A stretch of DNA of 64,000 nt from Callorhinchus milii (taxonomy: Eukaryota). Both the position numbers and the translations under genes were made by a program. How positions within the stretch are numbered: the first letter of the stretch is position 1; each line of letters begins with the position of its first letter. The stretch spans positions 55,242,001 to 55,306,000 of the forward strand of contig NW_024704745.1 of the NCBI RefSeq assembly GCF_018977255.1, read 5' to 3'. This document shows positions 1 to 13,206 of this stretch, in pieces. The notes under the pieces are model-generated. The model was not told the origin of the DNA. It worked only from the letters and a program-made list of their open reading frames with translations, and ran no database searches.

Positions 1-706
1 ATTACCCTTCCTCCCCACATCCAGTCCCTCACCATCACCGCTTTCTTCCACCTCCAACGCATCGCCTGTCTCCGCCAATACCTCTCCCCAAAAGCCACTG
101 AAACTCTGGTCCATGCCTTTGTCACCTCTCGGCTGGACTATTCAAACGCCCTCCTCGCCGGTCTCCCATCCACTACCATCCATAAAATCCAACTCATTCA
201 GAACTCTGCCGCCTGCATTCTCACCTGCACGAAACTCTGCTCCCCGATCACCCCAGTCCTTGCCAGACTGCACTGGCTCCCTATCCCAGAGAGGATCGAT
301 TTCAAGATCCTCACCCTCGTATTCAAGTCCCTGCATTCCTCTGCACCCCCCGACCTCTCTGACCTCCTCTCTCCTCAGCACAGTACCCTTTGCCTTTGTT
401 CCTCTGGGTCTGGCCTCCTCCTTGTCTCCTGAGTCCTCCGCTCCACCCTCGGCAGCCGTGCCTTCAGCCACTATGCCCCAAGGCTCTGGAACTGCCTTCC
501 TCGCTCCCTTCGTCTCGCTCCCTCCCTCCCTTCCCATTTTCAGGTCTCTGCTGAAGCCCTCTCTTTTCGAACGCGCCTTTGGTCACCTTCTTCCCCCCCC
601 CCCCCCCCCCCCCCGGCCCAGTCCCGGGATCCTAAACTGTAAAGCGCTCTGAGACGCCGTCCGGCATGGAGGGCACTATATAAATCCAAATTGTTGTTGT
701 TGTTGT
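1..706 (+). mobile_element. L2-clade LINE 3' fragment (ORF2 C-terminus, 3' UTR and tail)
   Basis: Translates as FHLQRIACLRQYLSPKATETLVHAFVTSRLDYSNALLAGLP...HWLPIPERIDFKIL, the typical L2 ORF2 C-terminus. Ends tgtaaagcgctctgagacg...gcactatataaatccaaa(ttg)n. Contains a poly-C run near 592-614. Confidence 0.88.
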
Positions 707-1392
707 ACTAGCCAATGATGACATTTCTTTGTCACTATCAAAATGTCTCCGTTATTTAGATAAAATCCTCCTGCAAATTAATTTTATCCATTTTTCTTTA
801 TATGATTGACTGCCCTCTCTTACCTCTTCCCAAAACAGCCAATGTTACCTTCCACTTGTCTCTCTCTCAGTACACCTACCTTTGAATTTTCTCCCATTTC
901 CACCTTACTTTCCATGACAATCTCAAACTTAGTTTGACCCAACCCCAAAAGTCTCGATCAGTTTTTTTTCTCCTGCTTCTCCCTCTGTATTAATATCACT
1001 TATTCGCCTCTCCTTTTCTTTCCATTCCCAATAATTTGCCCCAGATCCTGCCCTCACTACTTTTGTCTCTGTTTATCTCGCCACAGGATCTTCCCCTCCG
1101 CATCTTACTCATTCTAGCACCATCGTTGAGTAAAATGCTGCAGAACTGCTCTGAATGATTTTTGCATATACTAATTGAATGTACTATTGTATTGGGAGAA
1201 TGTCATATTCTTGAGTGCTTTTTTTTTTCAGTAGCGCAACAAATGTCTACACACTTAAGCCCCGAAACTGCACCGCAAAAACAAGGATCTTTAGAGTAAC
1301 ATTGATAAACTATACAACTTGACATATGTATGTATCATTTTAACACGTTTTCAATCGTCAGTTTAACAATTATTAACGGTGAAGTTACTCAC

Positions 1393-2191
1393 CATTACAG
1401 GAGCATCTGGTGCCTCTGTAATAACGGGGAGATACAAAGCTGATCCTGGCAGTGCTGTAGGTCATCATGGATTGTCCTTCTGCAGCAAACATTTGCTCAC
1501 AGTACGGTTCCCGACACTCCAAGCCAGAACAGTTCTTGTCTGTAATAGTGGAAATCCACAGCCCATTTTCTAGGTTCTTTTTTGCACTGCTCAGTTTCTG
1601 GACCAAATACGCAGATTTGTAGAAGCCATTCCCATCCATCTGCACTGCCAACAGAACATCTAGCTGATGGGTGCCTGCCACTGGCTGAATACTAATTATG
1701 TGAAGATTGTCCTGCTTTTTGGCAACAATAATGTTCCGAAGGGTTCGCCGAAATCCATGCAGATGAAGCCCAATGAAATCCTCGGGTGAAACGTTCTCAA
1801 ATTGCACAGTTATTGCGTTCCAGAGCATGTCTCGAGTCACCTGCTCAACGTGGACTATGACTTCTACAGGCACAGTGAAGCGTCCATCACTGACAGAAAC
1901 ATTCAGAATATACTTGCCCCTGTCCAGTCCTCCAAGAGCAATGATCTTCCCGTCTTGACTGTTTACATTGAACAAGCTCCTCTGATCTGTCTTCAGACTG
2001 TAGATAAGGATGTCATACACATCTTGATCAGTGGCATGAATCTTCCCAATTACACCTCCTGGGAACTCGTCCTCCATAGTGGAAATAAAGATCTCAAGTG
2101 GAATGGCAGTCGGCTTATGGATGCTTTCTTCAATCACACGAACAAGGATGTAGGTGTACGAAGCCAACTGCAGCTTGCCAGAATCATGAGC
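1393..2191 (-). CDS. FAT3: FAT3-type cadherin exon M (799 bp, phase 0-1): last cadherin repeat, linker and start of the Cys-rich region
   Basis: Acceptor actacag|GCT CAT GAT and donor AAT G|gtgagt. Encodes AHDSGK...[11 protein letters not shown]...[14 protein letters not shown]...RCSCN. Confidence 0.95.
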
Positions 2192-2634
2192 CTGTAGTAT
2201 TGTGAATAAAAACAGCAAGCATTTCACGGGGGGAAACGCAGAGTAAAAAGTTAGTTGTAATATTATTTTGAGTTTTTGGTTCCAATAATTTATTAATGGG
2301 AGTCACATTTTCAAATGATTTTTTGTCAAATACGCCTTTCATAATCTCAATGATTCAAGGAGGGCCATTACTAACCAAATTCCTGCAATCTCTTTTCAAT
2401 AAGAGTAAGAACTTACTTTTGTTTTACTGATTATTGAATCTACAGTATGGAGGATAGTGAATACTCCTTAAAAATGGGTAATCCAGTATATGTAGTGAAC
2501 TGAAGCTTTTAAGTCATAAATTTTATTTAAAATACAGTGCAATTGAAGGATTTTTTTATGAACTTAGTGAAAACTGTATCTGAGGAATGAAGATTAAACA
2601 AATTGGAAGTCTTCAGCCAATGGTGAGATCATTC

Positions 2635-2950
2635 AATCAAGTTTGATCCTCCTATCTATCGATCAATCTCCATTAATCAATCTATCCTCATTAATATCTA
2701 GCCATCAATTAATTGATCAGTTTAACTGTATTATTGATTTCTGCAAACCCAGCAATCTCTCTCTATCTGCTCAATGACATTTATCTACCCACCAAGCAAT
2801 CTCTATCAATAATAATTTCCACCAGATCTCCATCAATAGGTATTTATACTTAAATATCGACACTTGTTGATATCTATCTATTGATGCATAATGATATTCA
2901 TCAATATCTGTTGATCCTCTCTCCATATCTTTTCTCGCTTTCTACTTATC
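2635..2950. repeat. Degenerate ATCT/ATCA-rich low-complexity tract
   Basis: Many imperfect tctatc/atcaat units; probably a decayed microsatellite. Confidence 0.5.
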
Positions 2951-2956
2951 CCAGTG

Positions 2957-3269
2957 TAATAATAATCCTTGCGTTTGATATAGCGCTTTTCACATCTTCT
3001 GGACATCACAAAACACTTCACAGAATTCACTGTTAAGTGAATTGACTGTATATATGTGGGCGAAATGCGGCAGCCAATTTCGCACAGCAGTGTCCCACAA
3101 ACAGTCATGGATTGAAGTGACCAATTTATCATTGGGTTTTTTTTGGTTGAGGGATTATTATCAGGCATGTGGAGTAAGGAAACTTGCCCAAAGTTTTACC
3201 CTGCCGGGAATCGAACCAAGGTTTCTCGCTTGTGAGGTGAGTGCTCTGACCACTGAGCTACAGGACTCC
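2957..3269 (-). mobile_element. tRNA-derived SINE, short family, diverged full-length copy
   Basis: Head GGAGTCCTGTAGCTCAGTGG (A box) and GGTTCGATTCC (B box). Body CTGTTTGTGGGACACTGCTGTGCGAAATTGGCTGCCGC resembles the 3' part of the Deu domain. L2-like tail ending in (TTA)n. Confidence 0.9.
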
Positions 3270-4892
3270 ATGGGACTAATGTAATGGTCATTGATAAGTT
3301 CCCCCAGCAGCAAAAATACTTGATTCCAATGAATCGTCCTCAGTAGTGACTCTCAGAGCTGATCAGAAAGTGACTCATGTCCGTAAAAAGAACATGGTGA
3401 AATTCATATCGTTTCTCATGATTCGGACAATATCTGACTGTGGTCAGATACAATATTTAACAATGGCCTCAATCTCCCAGCCCATAGACCCTAAATTCTA
3501 ATTGTCTTTGCCTTAAAACCACTGTCCTAAAATGCAACATCCAGAATTTTTTAAAATTCTTAAATATTGTCTTCATTTAGAAGTCGTTTTTCTGCAGTTC
3601 TTCACAAAAAAGACTGGGGAAAAGCAGCTTCTATATTAAGACAGAATTTAATGACTTCTCTAAATTCTCTTATCAGTTTATATTTTAAGAGAATGATCTG
3701 AAGGCTCTGATCATGATAATGTGGGCTTCAGGAGAGGTAAGTAGGAGAAGTGGGTGACATCAATGGCAATCAAAGGAGCTGAGACACAGATTAGCCTTAT
3801 GCAGCTTTTGGTACAGTTGTCAGTGTTTGATACACATGGTAGATGGACATGTGGGAATGTCTATGCTGCTGTGTAGTAAAAACATTTATTAGCTTGTTAA
3901 ATCTCTGTCAGAATTTGTGAACTGGTGTTAATGCTGCACAGTCTTTATGGATTGGGCTGCAATTTTTAGTATACTGGCCTGTGGTTTTAGAGATTATAGA
4001 TGTTCTGAATATTATTCTTGAAATAGTTTTATGATAATGTTCAACCATTACAATCATTCAAGATGAAGAATCCTAATCACAATGAAATTTACCTCCGTCT
4101 CAAAATAATACTGAAAAGTGCAGAGTGAGGGCACAATTCTGGGAAATTGGGGGATTATTTTCTAAATAGAGATACCATGGCAATATATTACAATACAAAT
4201 ATTACATGGCTTTGTAAAAATGCATTGCTATGTATATGTATGATACAATTTACATTTATATGATCCCTTTCATGTCGAGAGGACGTCTCAACGTGCTCAA
4301 TACAGCTGGCTGGGCAACCAGGCTAATAATATTCATGATAATATTCATAGCTTGATTTTAATTGTGAGAGAGCAAAGCATATGATCATGCTAGATCAACA
4401 GAGCCTGGATTAAGAAACCTATAACAAAGCTTTTGTATATGTTCAAGGTGTTTATATTCCAGGAACAGAAATGAAAGTTATTCTAATGTACCATGATAAA
4501 ATTTATTCTAATACCATGCACTAAACATATAGACTCCAAATACCATAAATTTAATAAAAACAAAAATCCCTTGTTTGTATTAACGGAGGTTCAGGATAGC
4601 AAAAAGATATTATTTCACTAACTAGAATTCCATTTGATTTCTCCCTGACAGATGAGGAGGTCAGACCACCAATTTACACATAGTGCATTGCAGACCTGAG
4701 TGTCTGCTATAAATATGAATACGAAAAACAATAATAAATGTATGATCAAGAAACTGTTTTTTTTTCAGCATTATACCTACAGCACATTTCTTGATAATTA
4801 GTTTCTCAAGACTTCTATGCCATTTTCCCAATATTAATCATAGCCATGAACTAGCAGGAGTAACAAAATCCAACATCTACACCATCTCTTAC

Positions 4893-5090
4893 CTTCACAC
4901 GCAGCAGATATTCTGTTGCAACCTTTTGTTTAAACACTATTGCAGATTTCAGAACTCCTTGTTGGTCTAAAACAAACTCCTTCCCATCATTTCCATCAAG
5001 GATAGTGAACGTGAATGGAGGCCCATTGTGGGAAGAATCCTTGTCTGTGACTGAAAGTTGCAGGATAGTAGTGCCGATGACTTTATTTTC
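4893..5090 (-). CDS. FAT3: FAT3-type cadherin exon L (198 bp, phase 0-0); not in the ORF track
   Basis: Acceptor attacag|GAA AAT and donor GTG AAG|gtaaga. Encodes ENKVIGTTILQLSVTDKDSSHNGPPFTFTILDGNDGKEFVLDQQGVLKSAIVFKQKVATEYLLRVK. Confidence 0.93.
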
Positions 5091-6145
5091 CTGTAATCAT
5101 GAGAAAGATCCATACCTTCAAAACAACTCAGGATCACTGGCCAGATTATTAGCTTGTTAAACCTCTGTCAGAATTTGTGAACTGATATCTTACCCTGGAA
5201 GACCATTTTGTCTTGAAACTAAAGATTATACAAAATTGGTCAAAATTCTTATCATCTTAATCTGGAAACCATTTTTTTCTGAGATTCTTAAAGAAAACCA
5301 CCTAAAACATCAATGCTGAATTTAGGATTTTTCCTCAATTTGGCACAACCTTACAATTTATGACAAACAGACTTACAGGTAAACTTAAACAAATCAAGGT
5401 AGATTAAATGTTTGCTACCAGTGTGATATCTAAAGTAGAATCTTCAAACAATCTGTATTATAATTAGACTTGTCAGATTCCGATTACAATCCAGTGGGAG
5501 GGGGAAAGCTTCTGAATTGTCTAATTTTCTCCAAAAAAAGAAAATTTATTTCCATTGGTGTATTTTTGTTTACTTTTTTAAAAAATCATTGTAAACTATA
5601 GAAATAGCTGATTTCCAGCTCATACGATTATCACACACTTCACTTGTGTGCTGTGCACAACAATATAATTATCCTTCAATTTGGTACAAGCACATCACAT
5701 TGGGAGAACGTGCTTCCCAGGGTATACTGTAAGGTATAGTGACTGTTTTGTAAGCGAATGCGCACAGTGACGTCCGTGCTGACTTTAAAACCCAAGAGGT
5801 TGGCCATTTAAAAACGAACTAACAAAATAAAGTTAAAATAAACTTAAATATTATAAAAATTAAAAAGAATACAAATCCTATTAGAATTAGTCAACCCTAA
5901 TTTTCATCCATTATTGTAAGTTTCCAGAAGTGCTTCACTGGCACTGTGAGCTAACTTATTAGAGTACTGGATTCTCAACTGTTTGATGTATTGATGTAGA
6001 TGTTTTCAGATGATGCATTTGGCAGCCTTGCCTTGTGTATCTGGGGAGGGAGGAAAAATGACCAGGATATTCAACCTTATTTCTTTAGTCAGGCAAGTGT
6101 CTGACACATGCAGAAACCCATCAGCGTTACTTTCTGGAAATCTAC

Positions 6146-6289
6146 CTGAATGACGGTTGAATAATTTGCTGGTGTGAACTCAGGGGGATTGTCATTAATA
6201 TCTGAGACATCAACATTCACAGTAACTGTAGATGACATGGAAGGTGTTCCACTATCTTTTGCTTGTACTGTTAGTGAATATCCAGATAC
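6146..6289 (-). CDS. FAT3: FAT3-type cadherin exon K (144 bp, phase 0-0); not in the ORF track
   Basis: Acceptor ctaacag|GTA TCT and donor ATT CAG|gtagat. Encodes [48 protein letters not shown]. Confidence 0.93.
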
Positions 6290-6619
6290 CTGTTAGAAAG
6301 ATGAATACACATTATGGAATTATTCACAAAACTTTACTTTTCTTGTTTCTCTTCAGAATTTTACATTGCTTTACATAAAGATAAACTTTAGTTACATTGT
6401 AACTGCGGGAGTCTGTAATGTTAAATTAATTCTTTAGCATAGTTATATATAAATTGAGTAATTTGACAAACATTAGAGCATTTTGATTTTATTGACACAT
6501 TGGCCACTGGTAGAGGGGATCACTTTCTTTTGGTCATCCAAGTATCTGATGCATGTAGAAACCCATCAGTGCAACACCGTGATTACTAATTGTTTGTTAT
6601 GAGTTACAAAGCCCTTCAG

Positions 6620-6870
6620 TTCATAGGAACGCAGACATTTACCTTGCAGAAGGAAGCCATTTGGCCCATCAACTCTGCACTGACTCTCAGAGCAAGCTGG
6701 TCTTTCAATTACATTGCCCTTCCCTATCTCCATTCTCCTTGAAGCCTCTAACTTACAGACACCGTCTTCTTTCCTCTTGAAAACTCACAGTAGATTTAGT
6801 CTCTACCACCTTATTTGGCAAGGAATTCCACATTCCAATAACTCTCTGTATGAAAAGCAATTCTGCTAGT
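6620..6870 (-). mobile_element. CR1 3' end fragment (degraded)
   Basis: gaaggaagccatttggcccatc and aggaattccacattccaataactctctgtatgaaaa (reverse complement of FTQRV...WN). Confidence 0.65.
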
Positions 6871-7859
6871 TTTAGGAATTGCTATTTTTAAACCTCCATG
6901 CTATGAATAAAATATTTTACTCCCCTCCATGAATGTTTGCTAACTTACACATACTACTTAAAGAAAAAAGTATTCTTAAAGCAGTCCTATTCAGTGATCA
7001 ACAACTTTGACATTCCAAGCAAGGTGATCTCCTAATGGGGAAATGTACTGGCCTTGGCAATGTGCCTTATAACAGGGAAAACCACATTATAAATGCATGC
7101 CACCAAGTTAAGTAATTTCCAAAAAGTAGAAAATAATCTCCTGGGCGTAACGCAGCACAATTTGTGCAGAAATAACACCTAAAGCTGTGTGTCCAGATGT
7201 TGAAAGGCAATGAAATAACACAAAGCAATTTAGATGCCGTTGCTCTGCAGCTGTAATATAATGACTCATAAAATTCAAAAGTAAACAAGAATAATTCACA
7301 CAAACAATATAGGGCATGAGAAAAAAGTGGGAGATCAGTTCATAGATTCTACCGAATGCTTCTGCATCTGCTCCTATAACTGAAAAGCCATTTTTATTTG
7401 TCTTGTGCTACTAGAAACCGAGAGATTTATCTGGTTTCACAACTTGACAGATCTTGATGTACTTTTGTCTGCATTGTGATGCCATTTTTTTATTAGTCAA
7501 CTGCACTTGCATTGTTTGCAAGAATATATATTTCAGGAGGCTGAAAAACCAAACTCGGTCCTTTGTTTACAACAATTCCTTCCATGAAAGTCAAAACAGA
7601 TTACAGCACTACAAATCAAATAGACAAAATGCACTAAACGGAACAGCATTTTACAACTGTGGATAGCGATCAGCAATGAGAACTGCCTGATATTTCCCTC
7701 TCTGTAACAAAGCAATATTAAGTCCTAATTGTAACAACCTGGTATCTCAGCACAGAATGATCCTCTCTGTGTGTCACACTATCACACCACAAGATACACT
7801 TACATACTGAGAAGGGTTGGGGGTGAAGAGGGAAAAAAAACGGATTTATATTATTTTAC

Positions 7860-7997
7860 CTGTTCTCTATCAAGCTGCTTGTTGACCTTTATTAAGCCTG
7901 TCACTGGATTTATATTGAAAGAGTTGTCCTGATCTCCATTCACAATTGAAAAGTGAATTTGTGCATTGGGGAGACTGTCCCAATCTTCTGCCAGTAC
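7860..7997 (-). CDS. FAT3: FAT3-type cadherin exon J (138 bp, phase 0-0); not in the ORF track
   Basis: Acceptor tccacag|GTA CTG and donor GAA CAG|gtaaaa. Encodes [46 protein letters not shown]. Confidence 0.93.
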
Positions 7998-9862
7998 CTG
8001 TGGAAGCATATTGTTAGTTAATAACTCATTATCTAAATGAAGATCAGCACTTTCATTATGGTGAAATTACGAAATAAATGGCATCAAAACAAACACTTTG
8101 AAGACTGAACACGACATTATAGATGAATCGGTATACTTCCATCAATGGACAATGATGGAACCAAAGTAACATTGATGAACACTACTTCTGTGATAATGGG
8201 GGAGGCACAGGGCAGGGGATTCATAACTTTGCAGACACATCAATGTGATTTGACAATACCTGTACTTACTGTGTATTCCTTTTCTACTGTGACATTTGTT
8301 ATATACTTTGACAGACGAGAACTGTTATCTGCATTTACAGAAAGTAAAACGAATACAGTTGAAAGGAAACACTTTGGTTCAAAACACTTGCCACTGATAT
8401 TCTGCATAGAAATACATTTTTAGAAATGTAGTTTCCTGTAACAAGAAATCCTCCTTTTGATTCAGCATCTGAAGCCTGCCTCTTCCTACACTTGGCATAC
8501 GTATGTGTTTAATTTTTTTCATTGGAGAAAAAGTTAGAAACAGGAGCCATACTCCTATACTCAGATAATTCTCAGATAAAATTTGATCATAAATATATCC
8601 AACGTATGCACACATTTCATGATCAAAAAGTAAATTACATTTGAAAAATTAATATCCTTCTATTAAATCACAAAATGTTTCTGATAAATCAAAGGATACA
8701 TTTCTCCCAATTTAAATTAAGCATGGAAAAATAATGAAGATATATTTTCATTTGGTCTGATGAATTTACATACTCAAAGTAAGCGATGTTACTTATGGGG
8801 GAATGGAAGTCTTCACTTTTATCATCCAATCAGTATGGAGATAGAAACGATAGATTCAAGGTACTCTGTTCAATGTATTTGCTCTAATCTCAAACCTAGA
8901 AGGGAACAATGTTTTTCTGCATTATCAATCCTAAATGTGAGCTTTTTGAATGAGACTGAAACTCATACAAATGGTGAACTGGTTCAAGATTGCCCAAATT
9001 CACTTAAATTAAGTCTTCCGAATAACAGAGCAGAAGAGAGATTTGACAGTGGTGAGAGGTAATGTGGTAACCCAATGCAGATTCAGAAATTCCCCCAAAT
9101 AATACCTCAATTATAACAAAACAATCCTTACATTGGGCTTCACAGGTTATACTGTAAAATGTAATGACTACGTATTTTGTAGATGAAACACAACAGACAA
9201 TTTAAACACAGCAATGTACCACAGTTAAGAAGTTATCCATTTTATTTGAGGAATTGTTATTTTATGGGGGGAGGGGGGTGGTGGTTATCTTTAAGCTTTA
9301 AGCAAAGTTGTGCAAATAAAGCTAAATTTCAACAATCAAACTTCACTGAAATTTCAATAGTGTCTAGTGTCACCCAATGCTGAACACAAATTCCCAAAGC
9401 AATATACGATACTCTTCATATTGCAGACATCACCTAAATGTGTTTGGTTAATGTACAGCAAAAAAACTTTGCAAAAGAGTTTATTTTGCTCAACGCAACT
9501 AATTTTCTGACTTGGTATTAGTGTTCTTCTGCTCCTAAGATAGACCTTTATTAACTAAAAGTATATGTTTACAATTATATCAGAGATCTTTATAAGCCCA
9601 CATGGATACATTTACAGAAGCTATTGCTAAAGCTGCAGTGCAGAATAGTGCCTAGCCATCATCAATAAAAGGTGTTACATTAAGCACCCAAAGCAAAGTA
9701 AAGTGGATTAATGATTCCTATTTCTTTAGCATCAATGCATTTAAGGGGATGCATAAAAGAGAGAAAAGGGAATAGATGAATATGGATGTAGCTAGGGTGA
9801 AACATTAAAATGGTAGGAGGCTCATGTAAAGTATAAATACTACATAAACGAGTTGGGCTGAA

Positions 9863-10173
9863 TGGCTCCCGCCCACTCCACATCCCTTGCCCGGTTCAGC
9901 CCACCATCGGCGGTCAGGCCTTCAGTCTCTCTGCCCCTCACCCTTTGGAACTCCATCCCACATTCCCTTGACCTTGCTTTGCCTCCTTCGAGGCATGTTT
10001 CAAGACTCTCCTCTTCGAATGCACCTTTAGCCACCCTCCTACCTCTACCCTCCTTGCCCTCCGCCTCTTCTGATCCCAACCACCTGCTCAGCCCAAATCC
10101 CCGACTGTCCAGCACCTTGGAACGTCCTCCCGATGTGACAGGTGCTGTACAAATGTAATTTGTTGTTGTTGTT
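9863..10173 (+). mobile_element. L2 LINE 3' end fragment
   Basis: cccaccatcggcggtcaggccttcag...tttggaactccatccc, then tail cttggaacgtcctcccgatgtgacaggtgctgtacaaatgtaa(ttg)n. Confidence 0.8.
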
Positions 10174-12077
10174 TCAGTGCTGTAGATTCTATTTATGTAT
10201 GCCCACATACATATATCTCAGCTTACGGAGACACACAAGGAATATTATCATCCTTATAATATCAAAAGCTCATTTGTAATCTTTTCAATAGCCAAACAAC
10301 TATATATAATCCAGTGCCAATTCAATATGTACATCAACGAATACTATATGTGGCCTGGAATAATAATCAATTCTGGTATTACAAGTGCATGTTTGATGAT
10401 ATAACGGAGTCTAATTTGCATTTCTTAACATATTTCTTAATAAAAATACATAATAATCAAAATTCTGAAACATTGCATTGCATACGAAGAAATAATTCAA
10501 AACACTTTAGAAAATGAGTGATGCATTCAATGGTTTAGAACTTTGATAATTACACTTTTCTTGTTAAAAAATCTGTTAAGAAATACTGCAAATTGCAACC
10601 CATTGCAACCTGATATAGGAAGGAGAAAGTGCAAGTACATTTCCATGTCATGAATTGGTATTCAGAAGGAAAGCAATCTGTGCCATTCAAATACAAAGGG
10701 GTCCAAAATGTACCACAATTACAGATCTAAATGATCAATTACAATTGGAATATCACATTGGAGTTGTGTTCCCATATGCTGATATATATTTACTCACGAC
10801 TTTGTGTCTCATGGACCCAGAATTTGACTCTGTCCCTGTTCCATTAAATTTTCCTAATCATGCTTTATGTTGCTGCTTCTAATCCAATTTGCTTGTCTTT
10901 GACATTTTTTTCAATTTCAATTTGGTTACCTAGTGCATGTTTAAATTCTCTGCCTTGATTTACTTAACAGTGATGTTCAATTGTGCTTCTGAAGCAATAT
11001 CAATCAAGGATAGCGCCATAATCGAAACCCAAATTTCAGGGGAAGTGGAGCAAGCACTTCAAAAGAGAGCAGCTGAATATACCCTTCCATGAGCTTCACA
11101 TTCCTCTTCATAGCATTATAGCCAGCACTATACTGTCAGCAGTAATAGTGAGTATATCAAATACTTTTTGAAACCACATTTTCAAAATTGCTGTAGAATC
11201 AGTGCCTTAGCAATTGTTATGGAAAACATTCCCTGAATGTCTTCTTTCACCCGCATATAGTTGTGTTTAGTAAAGTATATAGTCCTGTGTCACATATTGG
11301 GAGTTAAAAGAAAATGCCTCTTTATAAAAGTGTAGTGTAATTTGGTGTTTTGGGGTCATATGAAGGACCTTGGGTTGTAAAGTGTACCTCCTGCGAAGAA
11401 CCTCAAGTGTGCTATGATGACCCACGTGCATTCGCCAAAAAGCTATTGGTGTTGATTTCTTGCAGGTCAGCATTGCATATGGAGTTCCCTTCAGGAAACA
11501 TAATTTATATCTGGAGGCTATCCAGATCACTTTCAAAGATGTGCTTTGGGTAAACATCTGATGTGTTATTGCTTAATTGTAACAAGAGGATATTATACAA
11601 AAGAGTATAACAATCAATATTAATAAAAGGTTGACAGTGCTTCAAACCTGTACTTATTGGAAATGTTACGCAAAGCGCAGCAAGAGAATAAAAACCATAC
11701 TCAGGCTCATCATGATCGATTGTATTATGATAGATTTTATCACATGAATATGAAAAAATATGTGGAAGGAGCTATATAAAAGTGGATTGTTGTTACTTTC
11801 TACCAGAATATGTGCATTCTAGAAATTAACATAATTTTAAGGATATTTTGTATCTTGTTCTCAGCAATAAGTCTGAATCTAGCATTTTTCATTTTCCCCT
11901 TGTTATGAATAGCAGGTTTGTACCAATTTACCATCACCTTACAACTTTATGCGATATGTTATACTAACCCTTACTTTTGAAATTATAAGCCAATGTTGCA
12001 GAACTATGAAGCTCAACAGTATCATGTTAATGTACAGCTGAATAACTGCGTAAAGAAAACATCAGTAAAAGACATAC

Positions 12078-12292
12078 CATGACAACAAGATCTCCAATAG
12101 TTGCATCTTCACTGATAACTGCACTGTACATCTCGCGGCTGAATTTTGGTGCATTGTCATTGACATCTGTTACATTGACATTTACAGTGGTGATAGCACT
12201 CAGTGAGGGTGAGCCTCCATCTCTAGCTTCAACTGTAAGGTAGTAGTCCTTACAGGTCTCGTAGTCAAGATGCTGAATTACAGAAATAACTC
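12078..12292 (-). CDS. FAT3: FAT3-type cadherin exon I (215 bp, phase 1-0); not in the ORF track
   Basis: Acceptor accacag|GA GTT ATT and donor GTC ATG|gtatgt. Manual translation: [72 protein letters not shown]. Confidence 0.93.
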
Positions 12293-12344
12293 CTGTGGTT
12301 AAAAAAAAATCACATTAAAGTAAAGCACATCAACATCCTGCAAG

Positions 12345-12480
12345 TCTCAAGATCACAAGACTGGTTCAGATGAAGAAGGCCCTTTGGCCCATCTTATCCT
12401 TTCAGAAAAGCCACCCTACTGCCCCCCCATCACCGCATCAAACTGTTACTTAAATGAATCAAGAATTACAGACTTCAAGC
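12345..12480 (-). mobile_element. CR1 3' end fragment, (ATCTTGTG)n-tailed family
   Basis: caagatcacaaga...gatgaagaaggccctttggcccatc...catcaccgcatcaaactg. Confidence 0.7.
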
Positions 12481-12804
12481 AGCAAAGTTGCACTATATCT
12501 AGGAAAGCTAGCACAGTAAATATTGGGAAAACCTATGAACTCTCATTCATTCCTTTTCCTTCATACATATACTAGTAGTTTTATTGTGGTTTGGACGAGA
12601 AGCTGCAAGAAACTGGATTGGGACTGGCTAAATCAATTTCTCACATGATCCTTCATTAAGCACAGAGAACAATGTGACAGCCATGGTCATGATGTTCTTC
12701 TCTCTGCTTTACCCACATTGTTTTCAAAATAACCATACAATTGTTCATTTGAAAAGTTCAATAAGAATTTTATATCAGAAAGTTTTTCTTTCACCAGAGA
12801 ATAA

Positions 12805-12966
12805 TTAAAGGTTGAAACATTTTGCCAGCTGGGGTGGTTGAGGCTAGATCACCAGACTCATTTAAATAGCAGTTTAAATGCTGTGATGGGTGGGTGGGTG
12901 TTCTGAAGGGATGAGATTAGATGGTGATGGGCCTTCTTCATCCAAATCAATCTTGTGATCTTGTGA
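12805..12966 (+). mobile_element. CR1 3' end fragment, (ATCTTGTG)n-tailed family
   Basis: gtggttgaggct...tcatttaaatagcag...gggccttcttcatccaaatcaatcttgtgatcttgtga. Confidence 0.72.
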
Positions 12967-13206
12967 ATAATAATGTAACCTAATGCCAATAACCTCAGAG
13001 TTTAAATAACAAATAATACTGAAGAAATATTGATATTTAAGCTCTGATTCTGATACATGGTTTTACTCAACAAACTCACAAATGATTGAAATACAGTTTA
13101 AGCAAAACATATGTACATGCCTTTGCTTTTAGACTTTTGTGAAGAGAATTTTCCAATTTCAAATTATAAACGTTTTTTTATTAAAAAAATGTACTATTCT
13201 TTTTAC

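Noticed and set aside
113-652. 179-aa Pro/Ser-rich ORF and its antisense 131-aa ORF
   Set aside because: These are alternative frames of a C-rich L2 LINE 3' fragment, not host genes.
7067-11100. Numerous 60-100 aa ORFs in AT-rich intron sequence (also throughout 14000-24000 and 45400-55700)
   Set aside because: Lengths are as expected by chance, many start at non-ATG codons, and they show no recognisable motifs or derive from repeats.
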